Both the position numbers and the translations under genes were made by a program. A stretch of 64,000 nucleotides of DNA, taken from Bugula neritina (Eukaryota; Animalia; Bryozoa). The notes under the pieces are model-generated. The model did no database searches. It had not been told where the DNA came from and saw only the letters and a list, made by a program, of their open reading frames with translations. Of the stretch, positions 12,001-27,000 are shown piece after piece (positions within the stretch are counted from its first letter, which is position 1; every line of letters starts with the position of its first letter). Where the stretch lies: contig OZ037765.1 in the NCBI GenBank assembly GCA_964035545.1, positions 17,608,995-17,672,994 on the forward strand. The letters run 5' to 3'.

Positions 12001-15000
12001 ACAAGCCTGCAAGACTAAAACTAATGCATGCAGAATGCAGAGTGAAAGGACAGTACCTTGTTTGTATCAACTTTCATCTGAGGAGCAGCCGAGGTGAGGT
12101 CATACCTCGGTTCTGATGATGCGTCACTTTCTGCATCCTCCTCAGCAGAAGGCGAGACATCAGACTCTTTGGTTGCATCTGAAACCACAGAAGAAAATCA
12201 GCTTTTAGCTGTTGCTGAAAAGACATACCAGATAGTATGTGGTAAGTAAAGAGGTGGTATTTTCACACGCCAACTAGTATACAGCAGCCGAGGCAGAGCT
12301 GGGGCGCCTGCTGATGTAATGCACTCCTGCAAGGTAGGGTGAAGGCTCTGCCAGGAATGACACAACTGAAAACCATAGTTTTTGCACTGAAAAACAGAAA
12401 AGCACGTGCACCTCAACTTTGCTGGCCTGATACACTTAAGGTTTTGTGATAACTTTGTGGCCATCACTGAGATATTAGAGTATCCTTACAACTCTATAAT
12501 AATTACTAGGTCACAGTAGTTATATGGTTACTATTACTGCAATACTTTTAAACAAACTATTCAACATTCAAATGTTTGTGAGAATACGACATGGTTTTGC
12601 AAAAATCATTTCAAATCCTTTCTTTGAGCAGTATTTATGATTCAGCTGCACTATGAGACTAAGTGCAGTCTTACCATCCTGTAAAGAGGATATGGTGATT
12701 TCCCACATGTGCAAATAGCAGTGGTGATCTACCGCTCTCTCTAATATCACAAGGTAAAACTTCTCTTTAAAGGATTCCTGGTTTCTCAGGTCAATAAAAG
12801 CTCCGTCAGTCCTGGACAGAGTTTCGTTACCCGCAATCAATTGACCCTGATAGACATGCAGGAGCAGCGTATTTGTCCAGTCCTACAACCCACAGAGTAA
12901 ACTATACAGCTAGTTACACATGTAAACACAAAATTCCTGACGTTCAAACGTTTGTGAGAAATGTAGTATGCATGACTGCTTAGATTTGATCTAGTAAAGT
13001 CTCAACAATTAACCATGTATGCACTGAAAATCTGAAACTTGAAAAATAGAAATTTGTGAGGCGACAGGAAAAAAATGTGATGTTTGATTGCCAGCTAATG
13101 ATTTACAAAGCAAAAAAACGGTCAAAAACTACCATGCTAACCAAGAACAAGCATCTATTAGAAGTGGGTAATAGAAATACTGACGTGCTGAGCAGCTTTT
13201 AGAGCATCCAGCTCGATGATACAGCCAGGTCTAGAGGTTGACTGCTCGCTCACTATCTTGTAGCCATGGAACTGACTGGGGGACTCTTGAAACCTGAATG
13301 AGCTACTAGAGCTGGCGGTGGGACTGAGCACATCCTGTATACATATAATATCAATGTTACTGTTGTAGTGTTTTGATAAACACAAACATACAATAGTACC
13401 GCGATAAAATTGAGAAATAACTCAATTCAACAGTTGTATCTTATAACAGACACATAAAATAAGACAGATGACATTGCCTGGCAGCTTTGAAGAACAGTGC
13501 CCCCTTTTGCCCCCACCCTCCCTGAATCAGAACTTGAACCCTTGGGCAAAGTAAAATAAACAAGTATAATGAAAAGTACATTTTAGTTGAGTTTTTGAAA
13601 AACAAAGGTGGCGGACAGAAAATATTTGAGTGGCCCTACAAATATTCAACTTCAGTCAAATGATAATTTAAATTGAGAATTTTCTACAGGTACTTCATCT
13701 TGTCCATAATATTAAAATGAAACGGAGAAGCTGTGAAAACTATTTTGCTGGTACTGAGATAAAATCTGATTTACATTACTTTAAAAATATATTTAATTAT
13801 GCAAAAACATCGATATAACAGATTAATGCTGTTTAAAAATGTGTTTGTGGTAAACCTGTACAACTTTAATTTATTTATTGCAGTTAAATGAACAGCACTC
13901 AGCTGTCCAGGACTCCATACGTTCATTTGTACAGCTGAAGAACTCAGCTGTACAAAAGAATTCAAATATTGAATGGTTTGATAGACTAGTTTTTGGAAAT
14001 GAAGCTGAGAAAACTTTGCATGTTGTAAAAATACATGGCTCTTTATTTACGTATAAAGCATAATTGCACAATGTTAAATATACTACAAATATGGCAGGAT
14101 TACCATCACGTGGTGTTTTGGAGCACAGTCAGCTGATAGAAGTCCTCTGGCGTCAATCACAGCTTGGTAAAGTCTCATATTAGACCCGTCTGACGCCACA
14201 AACAAGGAGCTTGACGAGTTGCATGTAGAGCCAAGGGCGGAGCTAAATGAATGGAAGTATGTGAAAATATTACTTTAAGAGCTGAGTAAAGCAGTCAGCT
14301 ACTGACTACAAAAATAATATTCACCAACTAGAGTATATCAAATACAGTTCTTATATTACAGCCCATCATTGTGTGAACACCTCTTGGCTAGTTTAGAAAA
14401 AAATATGCTTGAAAGTTGCTGGAGTAAGCATAGTTTTGTGTGTTACTGAGGTCTAGTAACAACAACATGTCTATGTGAGTGACATAGTTAAACAAAATTG
14501 CTTAGAACTGTGTAGGTAGTTGAGGGATAATGAAAATACCTTGGCAGCAAAGTAGGCAGCCATGCAACGTTGTCAAAAGCAGCTATATCAGGAGAGTTTA
14601 CTTTCGCTAATTCCGTAACTCCTCCTGCCAAAGAAAGGGGCCCGATGGAGTCCACCCTCCATAATATCAGTTCACTAGATAGATCAGTAGCAGGATCAAA
14701 CCCTTTTTGCTTCGATGAAGTTGAAAGCTCATCCTGCCAAAAGTAACGACTAAGTAAAAAACTCATTCAGCATTGTACTGACATACAACTTTTGAATCAG
14801 GTAACAGAATCTTCTGGATTGTGCTGACTGATACTTGAGTGCAATTCAAATTATTTGTATTTTAATAAGACTCTATATATATTATCATACACACAGCACA
14901 CACTACTAATTGATGATTAAATACAAAATATTATTGTTCATTGCAGCTAAAGAAATTTACCAATTTATCTGAGTCTTTCTTGACAGGTAGATTATGGTGA

Positions 15001-18000
15001 GAAGTGGTGATAAGAAGAGGCAAAACAGGGTGAGAAGCTGCAGAATTGGTTCTAAATCTGTGACCACAGGCTCTTGAACTATGCGACACACTCACACATG
15101 CACGGAACTTTGAGTTTTCACTGAAATTTGCCTGAAAAGAAACACTTAATAAACAGAGATATCAATTAGCAACGCACCATATTTAACATTCTTACGACAA
15201 TGGAGTTGACAGAATTTTGCATTAAACAAAAATGAATATAAATCAATAAATTCATAAAATATTAACCTCTATGCATAGTAACAGCGGAATTCTAATTTCC
15301 AATCTCACCACTTCAAGAATTATTACGACTAGGTAAACTTAACACATAATGTTCACAATATATACTGTGCATTTATCCTATATAAAACATCAATATACCA
15401 TTAATAATAACAACATTCATCAACATGGAGCAGTAATCAAACATGTAACATAAACAAGTAATACTTGTCTATGTGAATACAAGACCACACATACTCTGTG
15501 CCATCTAACTCTCACTGCACCTCACCCTCTTTCCAGTTTAAATTAATCAATTGACAAATAAGAAGCTGACCTTCCAAAGATTGAGACTGCCGTTGAGGTG
15601 TTTGCTGAGCATATACACGTGCGGCAGCAAGTTAAATTGTCCATGAGTTGCTTTAGAAGAATTAGTTGAGAAGTTTGAACTTGCGCTTTCCACAGCAGAA
15701 CCATTACTATCTACAATTATTACAAATACTGTGGCTGTAATTTATAACTCTATCAGTAGTAGCACAACCTTCAAATGGAAATCTAAACCAATGCACAGAT
15801 TTGAAACCTGCAAGTTTTATACTGAAATAAAATAGTAATTATTCATTAACAGTTTAATGCAACAGGAGTCTGAAAAGCATCCGATTTTGCTCTCAAGTTT
15901 TTACTAGTGCATAAAGTAAAATAAAATATGAAGACAAAATGGAGCATGTTTAAAATTAAATTAAATGTCTATGCTGATAGTACATGCCTATAAGCTGTAG
16001 TATTTTTTATTTGAACACTTTACAAATGTTCCCGATAGTATTAGTCCAATAAAATATCTAGTTTAAAATCGTGTTTTTTTTCAAACTTTCAAAAGACATA
16101 AATTTCACTCGTAGTTGAGTAATCTAGAGCAAGGGTTATCTTTATATAACAGTTGAGTAGATAGCCAAATAACACATACTCTGAAGAATCTCTAGAGGAC
16201 TGTTGTCACTGTATGTTAAGACATTGGCTGACATGCTCATTGCATCACCAATAGGAAACACATGTGGCAGACGGGAATGGAATGTCACTTGAGCTTGTCG
16301 GAAACTTCCAGGTTCAATCTCATCCAGGTAGTCCACAGACCTGCATGTAATCATAACTGTGACTCATCAACTGTGACTCAGCAACTATGACTCAACAACG
16401 GTGACTCAACAACTATGACTCAACAACTATGACTCATCAACTGTGACTCATCAACTGTGACTCAACAACTGTGACTCAACAACTGTGACTCAACAACTAT
16501 GGCTCATCAACTGTGACTCAACAACTGTGGCTCAACAGCTGTGGCTCAACAAATGTGACATCAGCTAAGTTATGCTAATCATAAGGTTCATTTTAATTGC
16601 GTACTTCTACTACAGCAAGTTCAGCTAAAGACAATATTAGCAAGTTCTTAGAGGGGCAGAAACATGTCCTCAGTGTTAAGCCTACAGTGAACGCCACATC
16701 CTGTATTATTTTACCTTTCTACTCTATAATACAATGTATTTTTAGAGAAATAAAACATACTAGAAAATCTAATGGATAAACACCCTTTTGGTAGTTGGTG
16801 AGCTTAATGACTACAGCATCTTGAACACAACTTCATTATTATGACAATACTTCAAATATGTTATATTTAGTGTTTTACAGCACCAACCAATAAAACACAG
16901 CATTTTGGCCTCCATCAATCTTCAATATTTTAGAATAACATTGTTATACTCAACATAGCATGTATTATTACCTTAGATCAGCAAAAAGCTAACAAGTGGA
17001 TGTGTTTTGCATATATTCTTCCAAGGCCATTAATCTTAACCAAGAAGATACACTTGTCTGCGTATGTATGTATACATGTATATAATATTGATTTATGAAA
17101 TAAGACACTATGAATTAGCCCCTTCCCCTGCATTTCTCTGCTACATAAACAACTAGCCAAGTTTAAGCTAAAAACACATACCATACAAGTAAACTACCAT
17201 CAGTGGGGTGAATACTGAACAGCATATCTGGAGAATTGTGCCAATCTTTCAACATTCTCTCAATACTTCTGTCAAATGTGTCATCAATAGCCATCTAAAT
17301 AACACAGGTGGAAGGTATTTCATCGTCAGCTTCTGGAATTTTCTTTGCATATTATTTGTATTACCTCTAGTGATACCGTGATATGTGGGCAATTTTATAA
17401 AGTTTATTAATTACTTTTGTTTAAAAAATAAAACAAATAAAGATTTGAAAAAAATTTTATGACTAGAACGCTAATTTTCATAGCATGATGTCCCGTGAAC
17501 AGTGAGTATTTAGGCAAATAGCCCAGCAATCCTACCTTGCTTGCAGATGACATGTGGTTGTCATCCCAATGTCCACTAAGAGATACCCCAGACAAGGTTT
17601 TCTGTGACAAAGAAGAGTCTAAAGAAAAGGAGGTGTGATAATCAGCATGCTGACCTAGCGCCACGTCTGACTCACTGTCTATACTGCTCAGTTTAGAATG
17701 TGATGATAGTTTGTTCCAAAAGTGTTTCTTCTCCTTCTTCTTCTCACCTGCCAAAAAAATATTGTGCTTTTTAAACTTTTCAAAGCTATATTTTCAGCAA
17801 ACATATAATTCTAATCATGATTTTAGGCCTGTTTCACTGTATTTGTGAGATAAGCTTAAATTAAACTCAAAATGCTTCCAATAACACTTTATAATAATTT
17901 TAAAAAAATACAAAGATAACAAAATGCAATGAAATAAGTCCAGTCATCAACCAAAACATTATTTCTAAATAATATGGGCAGATTTGTAATTTTCTAAAAA

Positions 18001-21000
18001 GTTTTGAAGGTTTAGAATTTCAATTTCTGATATCAGGAAAAAAGGTATATCTGCTCTTGAATCTTTAACCATATTATCAGTATTATTATCAGCATAATGC
18101 TGAATAGCCATAGCAATTACACGCACTTTTGTGACACTATTCAAAAGTATAAGTAAAATGATAAAAATGTTAAAATAAAATTCATATAGACTCAGAAATA
18201 ATTGAAAAACAATTATATCTGAAACAGCTTAAAAAATTTCAAACAAACAACTTTTACCTACAAATTAGTCAAGGGAAGAAAAGCAATATTTTCAGACGTC
18301 TACAAACCATTGTGTGTAGCAGCAGCATCAGTGACTGCTGAGTCAGCATCTTCAGAGAGGTGCTCATCACTAGAGATGTTTCTATTGTTGATGTCATTCA
18401 TCAATTTTTCAGACTCTAGAGTAAACTGGAGTTCCTTGTTGTTCAGCCAATAGACAACAAAGTCGTTGTCGAATGGCAGACAAGTTGAAGGGTTCAACGG
18501 AATATCTGCAACACAAATGAAAGCATAAAACTTGTTGGATGAAATAATTTCTTTATTCACAAAGTTTCATAGAACGCAAAGACAACAAGTTACAGCTGTT
18601 AAAGCAAGAAACAGTTCGCCAGTAAAGCATATTAAAAGTAAATTCAGTTTTCATATTTTCAAGCTCAACCATAGCAATAAATTTTAGAAATATTGTTATG
18701 TTGGTAGTACTTTACAGCCACATTAGGTTATAAATCTTAGAGCTAGAAGAGGTCATATTACTCGACCATTGACTACTAGGGTGACATTCAGTATACAGTT
18801 GCTAACTGCACCTGAAATATAGTTACTAGGTAGATATCAAACCTGATATCTACTCAGTGTTGCAGTTATTTTTCAAATTTAATCCCATAGTTGATAAAAG
18901 ATAAAAGTCTTCTGTGAGGACCGAGATTAGTAGATAGTAAACCATCATAATAGGCTAAATTCAATATTGACTAATAGTTGAGAAATGGTAAAGCACAGCT
19001 TGTGCTCTTATAACACAGTTAATACTGTTTACTGCAGAGTCTTTGTAGATGCCCAGGGTTAAACTAGACGTTGAAATCAAAATTACACAAACAGTTAAGG
19101 AAATTTAGAAATAGTTTACAATGTAGGCAACAGCTACAAAATATTTCCCTAATTTCTGCCCAAAAAGGCTCTATAAACTTTTAATTAGAAGAAAAATTGG
19201 ATTTACTCATTATTATGAATATACACGTATTTCAATATTTTACAGAGTGGTTAGATAAAAAAAGACTTATAGGTGGGTGCTGTGGTTAGTTTCTGAGTTT
19301 TTGAAGCTAAATAATCAAAACAGCATAGTCATAGCCCAGTTGCCATATTTAGTATTTTTCAACAAAATTTACAAATAATATACAACTTATTATTAAATAG
19401 CTGTAAAATATTAAACGGAAGCTACAACTTGACACTTGGAAAATCATAGAGACTATTATATATTATAATAAAGTTCCACAAACTAATATAAACAACATCA
19501 GCTTAACCCCATAATGCAACAGACAACATTGGCAAAGAAATGATAACAGATGCCTTATATCAAGCTAAAGACTGATACACTAAACTATAATCAAGATAGC
19601 CATTGATATAAACAGTGTAGGTCAGTAAAACTCTACAGGTTATATACTAGCGTTCTACCTGGTGCATTGTAGTACTCCGCTAAAACAGATAGCAGCTACT
19701 TTTATTATCATATTAACATTCTAATCACATGTACTGCAATATAGTGGATAGCTGAACCTTTGCTAGGAGGGAGCTTGAAGTTATTTTAAAGTCAATTTCT
19801 TTTAATTCAAAATAGACAACATTTGAAAGTGTTTTTGATGGGTTAAATATTGCTTTTTAGAGACAAATTATACAAGTATTACAGAATAATTATGTAGGCC
19901 AACCTAACTAATGAGAAAACACCTATGAATGCTCAATTTTATTATTATTACCAAAGCAGAGCTAAAACTCAGCAAGAAAACTATCAGTTTGTTTATTTAC
20001 ATATAATTCAAGGGCAGTTTGTAGACAATTTTAAACCTTTGCTTTTTGTTCAAAACTTCACATAGTTTAAGCTATTTAGGAAATAAACAAGGTTTGAACC
20101 GTAACGGCACCTGTTGCTTACCTGTGCGGATATAACCTTTGAGCTGCCTGGGTTAGAGTGGCAATGTAACGGAAATAATACTATATAATGGAACAACATA
20201 ACTCCATTGAATACACTAGAAATATTTGAACAAGAAATATATAGAAATTACACAAAATACCTGTCGCAGGGTTGATACAAGCAGCCAAGTGAAAATGAAG
20301 CACTGGAGTTAAACCATTTTGCTGCATCCAATATTTATGAAAGTCCTGGGTGCTTTCTGATGTAGTGAGAGCTGTGACCCTGAGTCCTTGAGCTCGACCT
20401 TCTTTCTTGTGCTTCCGTCTTTTATGCATTGCATGTCTAGAGTAAATCAATAATACAATATAACCTATAGCATCTTGTGAACTTCTTCATCACTAGAAAG
20501 CTGCTAAAAATATTCCATATACTTTCATAGTTCCCAATTGGGGGAGCAGCCGTGGTCTAGGGGCTAAAGCGTTTGCCTAGTAAACACGAGGCCATGGGCT
20601 CAAGCCGACAAAGGCCATTGGTGATGTTAGGAAGAGCATCCAGTCATAATTGCTCCTGTCCCTCATTTAAATAAGTCCTTAGCCCGCTTTAACAAAAAAC
20701 CCTTTCCATCAGGGATTTCTCACAGAATTAGTGACTATAAACTTGCGTGAGCTTTTTTAAAGTTCTCAATTGGAGCAATCTCTTATAATATTATTAAAAC
20801 CTACTTTTTAGTCTTTAGAAAACTTTTGTCAGACTAGAAATAAATTCTTTCTCACCTGATATGACTAAGCTTGTGTACGAATCTCTTTTTATGCCTGGCT
20901 GTGTGAAGTTTTGGATCTTGCAATATCTTCAAGTCAAACTGCTGGACATCAACCAGTCCATCGTCTGGCAGCACTGTCTCGCTCCACAGACGACACACGT

Positions 21001-24000
21001 TGTCTTTTGCCCAAGTCATCAGCACATTTGTCACAGTGCCCCTGAATACACACAAGTACATTATTCTGACTGGAACACGTCATGTTTTAATATATAAGTT
21101 GTTTGAGTTTAAAAATCACATTATGTATATTTTTAAACACTTATTAGTGTAACTTGAGATAAAATTTAAAATTGCTCTATGTACTTATAGAAGGCAATCC
21201 AAATGAAATTTAAGAATCTACTGTGAAATTAGGAAATAAGAAACAACGCTATTGTAAGAGCTTCACTATATTTGAAAGACGGGTAATAGGTCTTTTCTCC
21301 TGTCTGCATGTACTAGTTAGTTTATTACTGGTAAATCAAGTGCTTGGTTCATTTTTACTTTTCTATTGACAATTTTTGGGGTATTGAGAATCTAATTCAA
21401 TGTTTGTTTTTTAGATTTTTTATTTGAAATAACTGCGATAATCATCCATATATTTGCATTTTTCAAAGTTACTCATGAGTAGGAGCACAGTTGTCCCTAA
21501 ACATAGCGGAGCTGAAGGCACCCTTTGTTTCTTCTCCCTCACTCTCACCAGGGTGAGTAGGAAATCAGTAGAGTAAATTATTTTCTTTTGGCGTTTTTAT
21601 AGTTAGTGTCTATTAAACTGTATTTTACATTATACAAGTAATTAGCAACGCACCATGACACTAGCTAGCAGTCTAATGCTGTTGAGTTGCCAAAAGGTAA
21701 TTACCTGGCAGAACTATGCCCCAGAATAATGGTTTTGGGGTTAACTAACAAGTTCTTATAAATACTTACAAAATAAATAAAGTTTCTAACTGATTCTAAT
21801 TGACTTTGTATGCCATGTTGGTACCATACCTAGGCATGTACTTGCTTATTCGTCGCCAGGAGAAATCTATAACTGGCGCAGGGTGAGAGATGTAACAGAA
21901 ACTGTAGTCCAGCTTCTCCTCATCATAAATATCTTCTGGGAAGCTGGCATGCAGCATTTCACCTAATACAATATAACTTAATCAGCATATAGGGCTCTTT
22001 CTACATAGACTTTCAACACTGTCTTATGTTTTTCGATCAAAACAGGTCTCAAGATTGAATAGTTAAACTCAACAGGTATCCAAACATATAAAACAATGCA
22101 TCAAGTGAAACATGTAGATTTACCAATTATTGTTTATATAAAAGTTCATCTAAATTATTATAAAACAAAATCCAAACATCTAAAACTAAAACATATAATT
22201 AGAAAATTCTAACCAACTCCAGTATCTGAAACAAAACTGAAATTTTGAATGACAAATATATGCTTCCAGTTTACTTGTAAAGGTTACAATCATTTTAGAA
22301 TCAAGTCCCAAAATGCAAGCTTGTAGTCAGAAGACTAGCTACACCATAGTACTCCCTTCCAACAGCATGCAGATAGGATATATGCAGGAGATGGTGGGAG
22401 GGTTGGCATATACTATATAATCAGTAACTATTAAATGCACATTACCACTATGTAGTTCAAGCACAAAACTGTAGGAAATAGTCTTATGAAATAATAATTG
22501 ATGAAAGACATTTGAACAAGCCATAGTACTCACTTTTCTTATTCTCATACCAGACTTTTACTAGCCGGTCACACTAAAAAAACACACGTGATATATATTG
22601 ATACATATTTGCGTTATTATATTTTTTTAACTTCAATTCACCAGAAGGTTCAGACACTTATCTAAATTTTGGACCCTTGGTTTTCTATTTGTAGCTCAGT
22701 CTGGTTGTTAGTGAACTTACTATATACGAGGACTCCCCTCCCCCCTTACATTCTCATATTGAGCTTGTTTAGAATACAGGCAATATGTCAATTTTAGCAT
22801 CAGAAACAGCACACTTATGAAATTGTGTTATATACTTGCCAACAATTATCAATTCACTGCCATAAATTAGCATAGATAGGTAGTCAAAATTCAAATATCA
22901 ATAAGTAGTACCAGATACCGGGTAAAATCTAACTGGAATTAATTCCGTTATGATGAATAATATAATTTACAAGTAGCCAAATGCTGCTAAGCTAGAATTT
23001 CAATTGTCACAACGAGCCTGAGCACATTTCAGTGCAGATAAGCAACTTGCAGTACAAACGTGGTACATAGAGATCGTGTAGAAGTTTTTTTTATAAAAAT
23101 ATCCATAAAATGAATTATTCAAAATTAGATCTTTTAAAATTAAAATACAATTTTCAAAACTTTACTAGTTCAAACATACTTTATCTTCCTTAAACAATTG
23201 TTTACTTGCTAAAAAATAGAGATTTTCAATATGATGGAAGGGGAGGATATTTGTTTTATTAGTTATATAACTACAGTGCTCCCTCTGTATCTCACTAAGC
23301 TATACACATGCATACACAAGCCACAAAAGAAGGTTCAAGTCCTTCTCGTGACCTATGAAAGATACGGCAAAGCACTGTATTGTTAAAAATCTACATTCAA
23401 ATATTGAACTGAAACTAAAACTTGTGATGTAACATTTTTATGAAGTCATTGAAACCAAATTACACAATTGAGCACAAACTTTACAATAGTACTACTGCAT
23501 GTTACAAGAATCACCACTATATAAAGGGAAGCAAAAACCCACAGCAGTGATAAACAGCAATTATAAGCTATAGTATATACATACTCTGTACAAATTTGTT
23601 ATGCAAGCTACATGGAGCAAGCTTTATTTTTGACAGGCAATTCATCATTGATTGGTGGATTATTTCATCAGATGATACTGAGTGAGGTGGTAAAAATCTC
23701 AATAAACATAAAGAGATGGTAACCTATAATAATAACAGCCACAATAACCTGGCCATGTAGTTACTAAGTCTCAGTTTCCAACATCAGAGCAAAACTCTGA
23801 GCTCACAGCATCACAATATTATCCACAACTTTAGAGTCAGTCATAGTTTGATGGTCATGTTGAAAAGTTGGTCATGTTGAAAAGTTGGCCAGTTTGAAAA
23901 GTCCAGGCCTATCATTGGGTGGTTTTTTCAAGAAGCCGTTGTGGCAACATGATTTTTCACCACAGCTCCTACTATTACTAAAGGTGTGTAGAATACAATA

Positions 24001-27000
24001 CTAGCTCCTCCTTTACCAGAGGTGTGTGCAGGTTTGGTCATTTTAGAAGGCACCTAATATCTAATATTAATTTGTGGTTGCAAAATTGGCATTTTCAATA
24101 ACCCGCATTCCGAGCAAATAGACATAAATTCAATACAGGAATTGAGGCAAAATTTATTATGAGCATTACAATTGATTTGAACACGGTGGTAACTTCCCAT
24201 AGCAATACTAGCCTTAGAGTTTAGATAGTTCAAGAGAATCCAGTCTATCTCCACAATAACACAGAATGAACTTTAATTATCTGATTTAGATTTTGGTTAA
24301 TTTATCGAACCATTCCAATCAAATTATCATTTGGAGTTGTTAAGCTACTACAAAACAGTTTCTCAACTAAATAATAATATAATCATAAAATTGTGAATAG
24401 AGGTGATATCCAGGTGAGCAAGGCATGAGTGTAGCATGTTGTGCCAAGCTGGAGCATCAATCCCCCATGGCTGAAAATGCATCTATTACAACAGCCCTGT
24501 TTTGAAACCCAACACAGCTTGATAGGAATCTGCATTAGTATATCAGGGGTAGGGGGGGGGGATTTCACGGGTATTATGAGCACAAAAAAGAGCTTAAATG
24601 AGTTCATTTGGTTTGTGTGTAGGAGTGGTATCAAAACTTGGAAAATGCTATAGATACTCCTAACCCTCTTCTTTGACATTTTAAAAATGCTATTAAATTC
24701 AATGGTATTTGAACAGCTGAGCCTCATTATGGGAGTGCAGCATTTTACCCTTCCTAAGTGTTGAGCAATGTTAAACTGAAGTATAATTACCTTGCTGGCA
24801 GATGCAAACAACAAACCATCTGGTGAGAAATGCAGATGGTGAACTGGTGCAGAAGTTTTGCATGACCATATACATCCCCAGTCAGGTTCGTCAACACAGC
24901 TATTTCCTAGTGTAAACCCGACTTCTCTTTTAAACTGCTCGGGCTGACAGCTAATGTCGTTCTCCTCTGGGCATTGCCATAACTGTATACTGGATCCACC
25001 AACAAGTAGTCGGGTTCCTTCTAAGTTCCAAGACAAAGCATTGACATGATCCTCATTGGTCAACGTAGCTGTCTGGTACCACTGATAGTCCAACTTCTGT
25101 AATATTAGAGTATTTTATATAAATGCTATATAAAACTCATCATCCTTGAGAGACCCCACAATGAAAAGGGGTTGTTTTAAGCAGGCTAAGGACTTTCTCA
25201 CTAAAGGAGAAATTATGACTGGACACCCTCCCTAACATCAACAATGGCCTTTACTGGGAAGTAAATCACTGATCTCAGGTTTACTAAGTCAGTCTTCTAA
25301 CCAATAGGCCATGGCTCTCTTTATATAAATTTTATATGCTTATGTAATATTATTTTATATTATAAGATGAACCATGAAGTAATACGACTATATATATAAC
25401 GTAATCTTAATCATGTAAATATCTAGTATTAGCAGAGTGAAGCATAAACCAGTATGTGCTATTCCAGCAGGTAGCAGTAACAAAACAAATGCTTTCAGCT
25501 GCAAGCGCTTAGGCCTTAGACATACTAATTGTTGATATTAAATGTATTTCTATATACTCTTTTAAAACAGGACTTTTTCCATTACTAACATCAAAGCTCT
25601 CCCAAAACTCAACACTTTTTGCAAGTAACATTCAACATTTGTCACTTTTACCAATAAGATAGCACACTGGTGTGCACATGCTTACTGAGTGATACACACA
25701 TATATGGTACATTTACTGGTGTACTGATAAATATACAATGTGCTTACATGTGTACTAGTATGATGGAGAAGTGGAGTGGGTTCAAATATCAGTACCTTGT
25801 CATCGTAGCTTGCTGCAATCTATAAAATACGAGATCAGTATTTTATAATTTTTAACACATGGCAGACATTTGCAAAGCAGGTGTTTTAATTTTAGATATT
25901 GTAAATCAACTACATTCAAAAACATATTATATACGATGAAATACAATATAAAACACACCACAAGCAAATATGAGGTGCTTTTATCAATGTTGGTTACATT
26001 TTGATAAAGAGCTTTAATGTATGTCAAGATTAGTTAGCAATGCTCACTGTGCATAAAACTGTATAAGCCAGAATATATGATAGACTGAAAGAAACACCAA
26101 GTGTCAATTAGTGCCAAGTATTTATGATTAGTAGGCAAATCTTCCTAAATAAAGGTAAGAACAATTTTTTGGTTTAAGTACACTTTGTGAAAGCAATTCA
26201 AGCAATTTAAATGTGTGCTTCAATGGATTACTGAAAACAAATAAATTATCGATATAATAATAGCATCAAAAATCCAAAAATAATATGCATAGCTGCATCA
26301 AAAATATTAAAAGCTGCAAATTAGCCCTAAATGTTAACAAATAAAATTAATGAAACAAAAATTATGGTCAAACAGAATTACGAAGTAGTGTGCATAGGTA
26401 CTATTATATGCACAAAAAACTATTCAAGTTGTCAGGTACAATTTTTCATTAGTTTTTGCCAGTATGGAAAAAGTTCAAAATAAGTACAGCATGCAGGTGC
26501 ATTTAGGAATAATAGTAACTCTAGTAGTAAAATCTAACAAGAGTTTAAAAAGCAACAACACTAACCTCACAACTAATATTTCCTGCTGGGCTCACTACAT
26601 ACTTTTGGTAAAGAAGTTATATAATCTAGACAATATCACAAAAATATATGTAATCAAAGATAGTAAATGTTATGTTTACATAATCTTACTTTGCCCGTGT
26701 CAGAACTGCAGTCTACACATTTTACTTGTATGTTACCATGTGTGGCTCCAGGAATTATTTGAACCCGTTGAAAATCACAAGCAAGGATTACAATATCACA
26801 GCCAGCAGCATATGCCTAAAATACATATACCTATGATCAGCATAACATTGGTAGCTATTACAATGTTGATTCAACTTTAATCATTTTGCAGCTAAAAGAT
26901 ATTGTAGCAGGAGAACAGTAGCGTAACCTGGCATGTCAGACTACCATTATGGTTGATGTCACAGCCTAGACACTTGAAATAATATAAATTTATTTAAATC

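Noticed and set aside
16355-16562. CRISPR-like periodic array
   Set aside because: The units are contiguous with no unique spacers, the context is a eukaryotic intron, and there are no cas genes.
24383-25093. 236-aa single ORF as a separate gene
   Set aside because: The first ~100 codons are DMXL exon 4 (donor at ~24791); the remainder is intron read-through.
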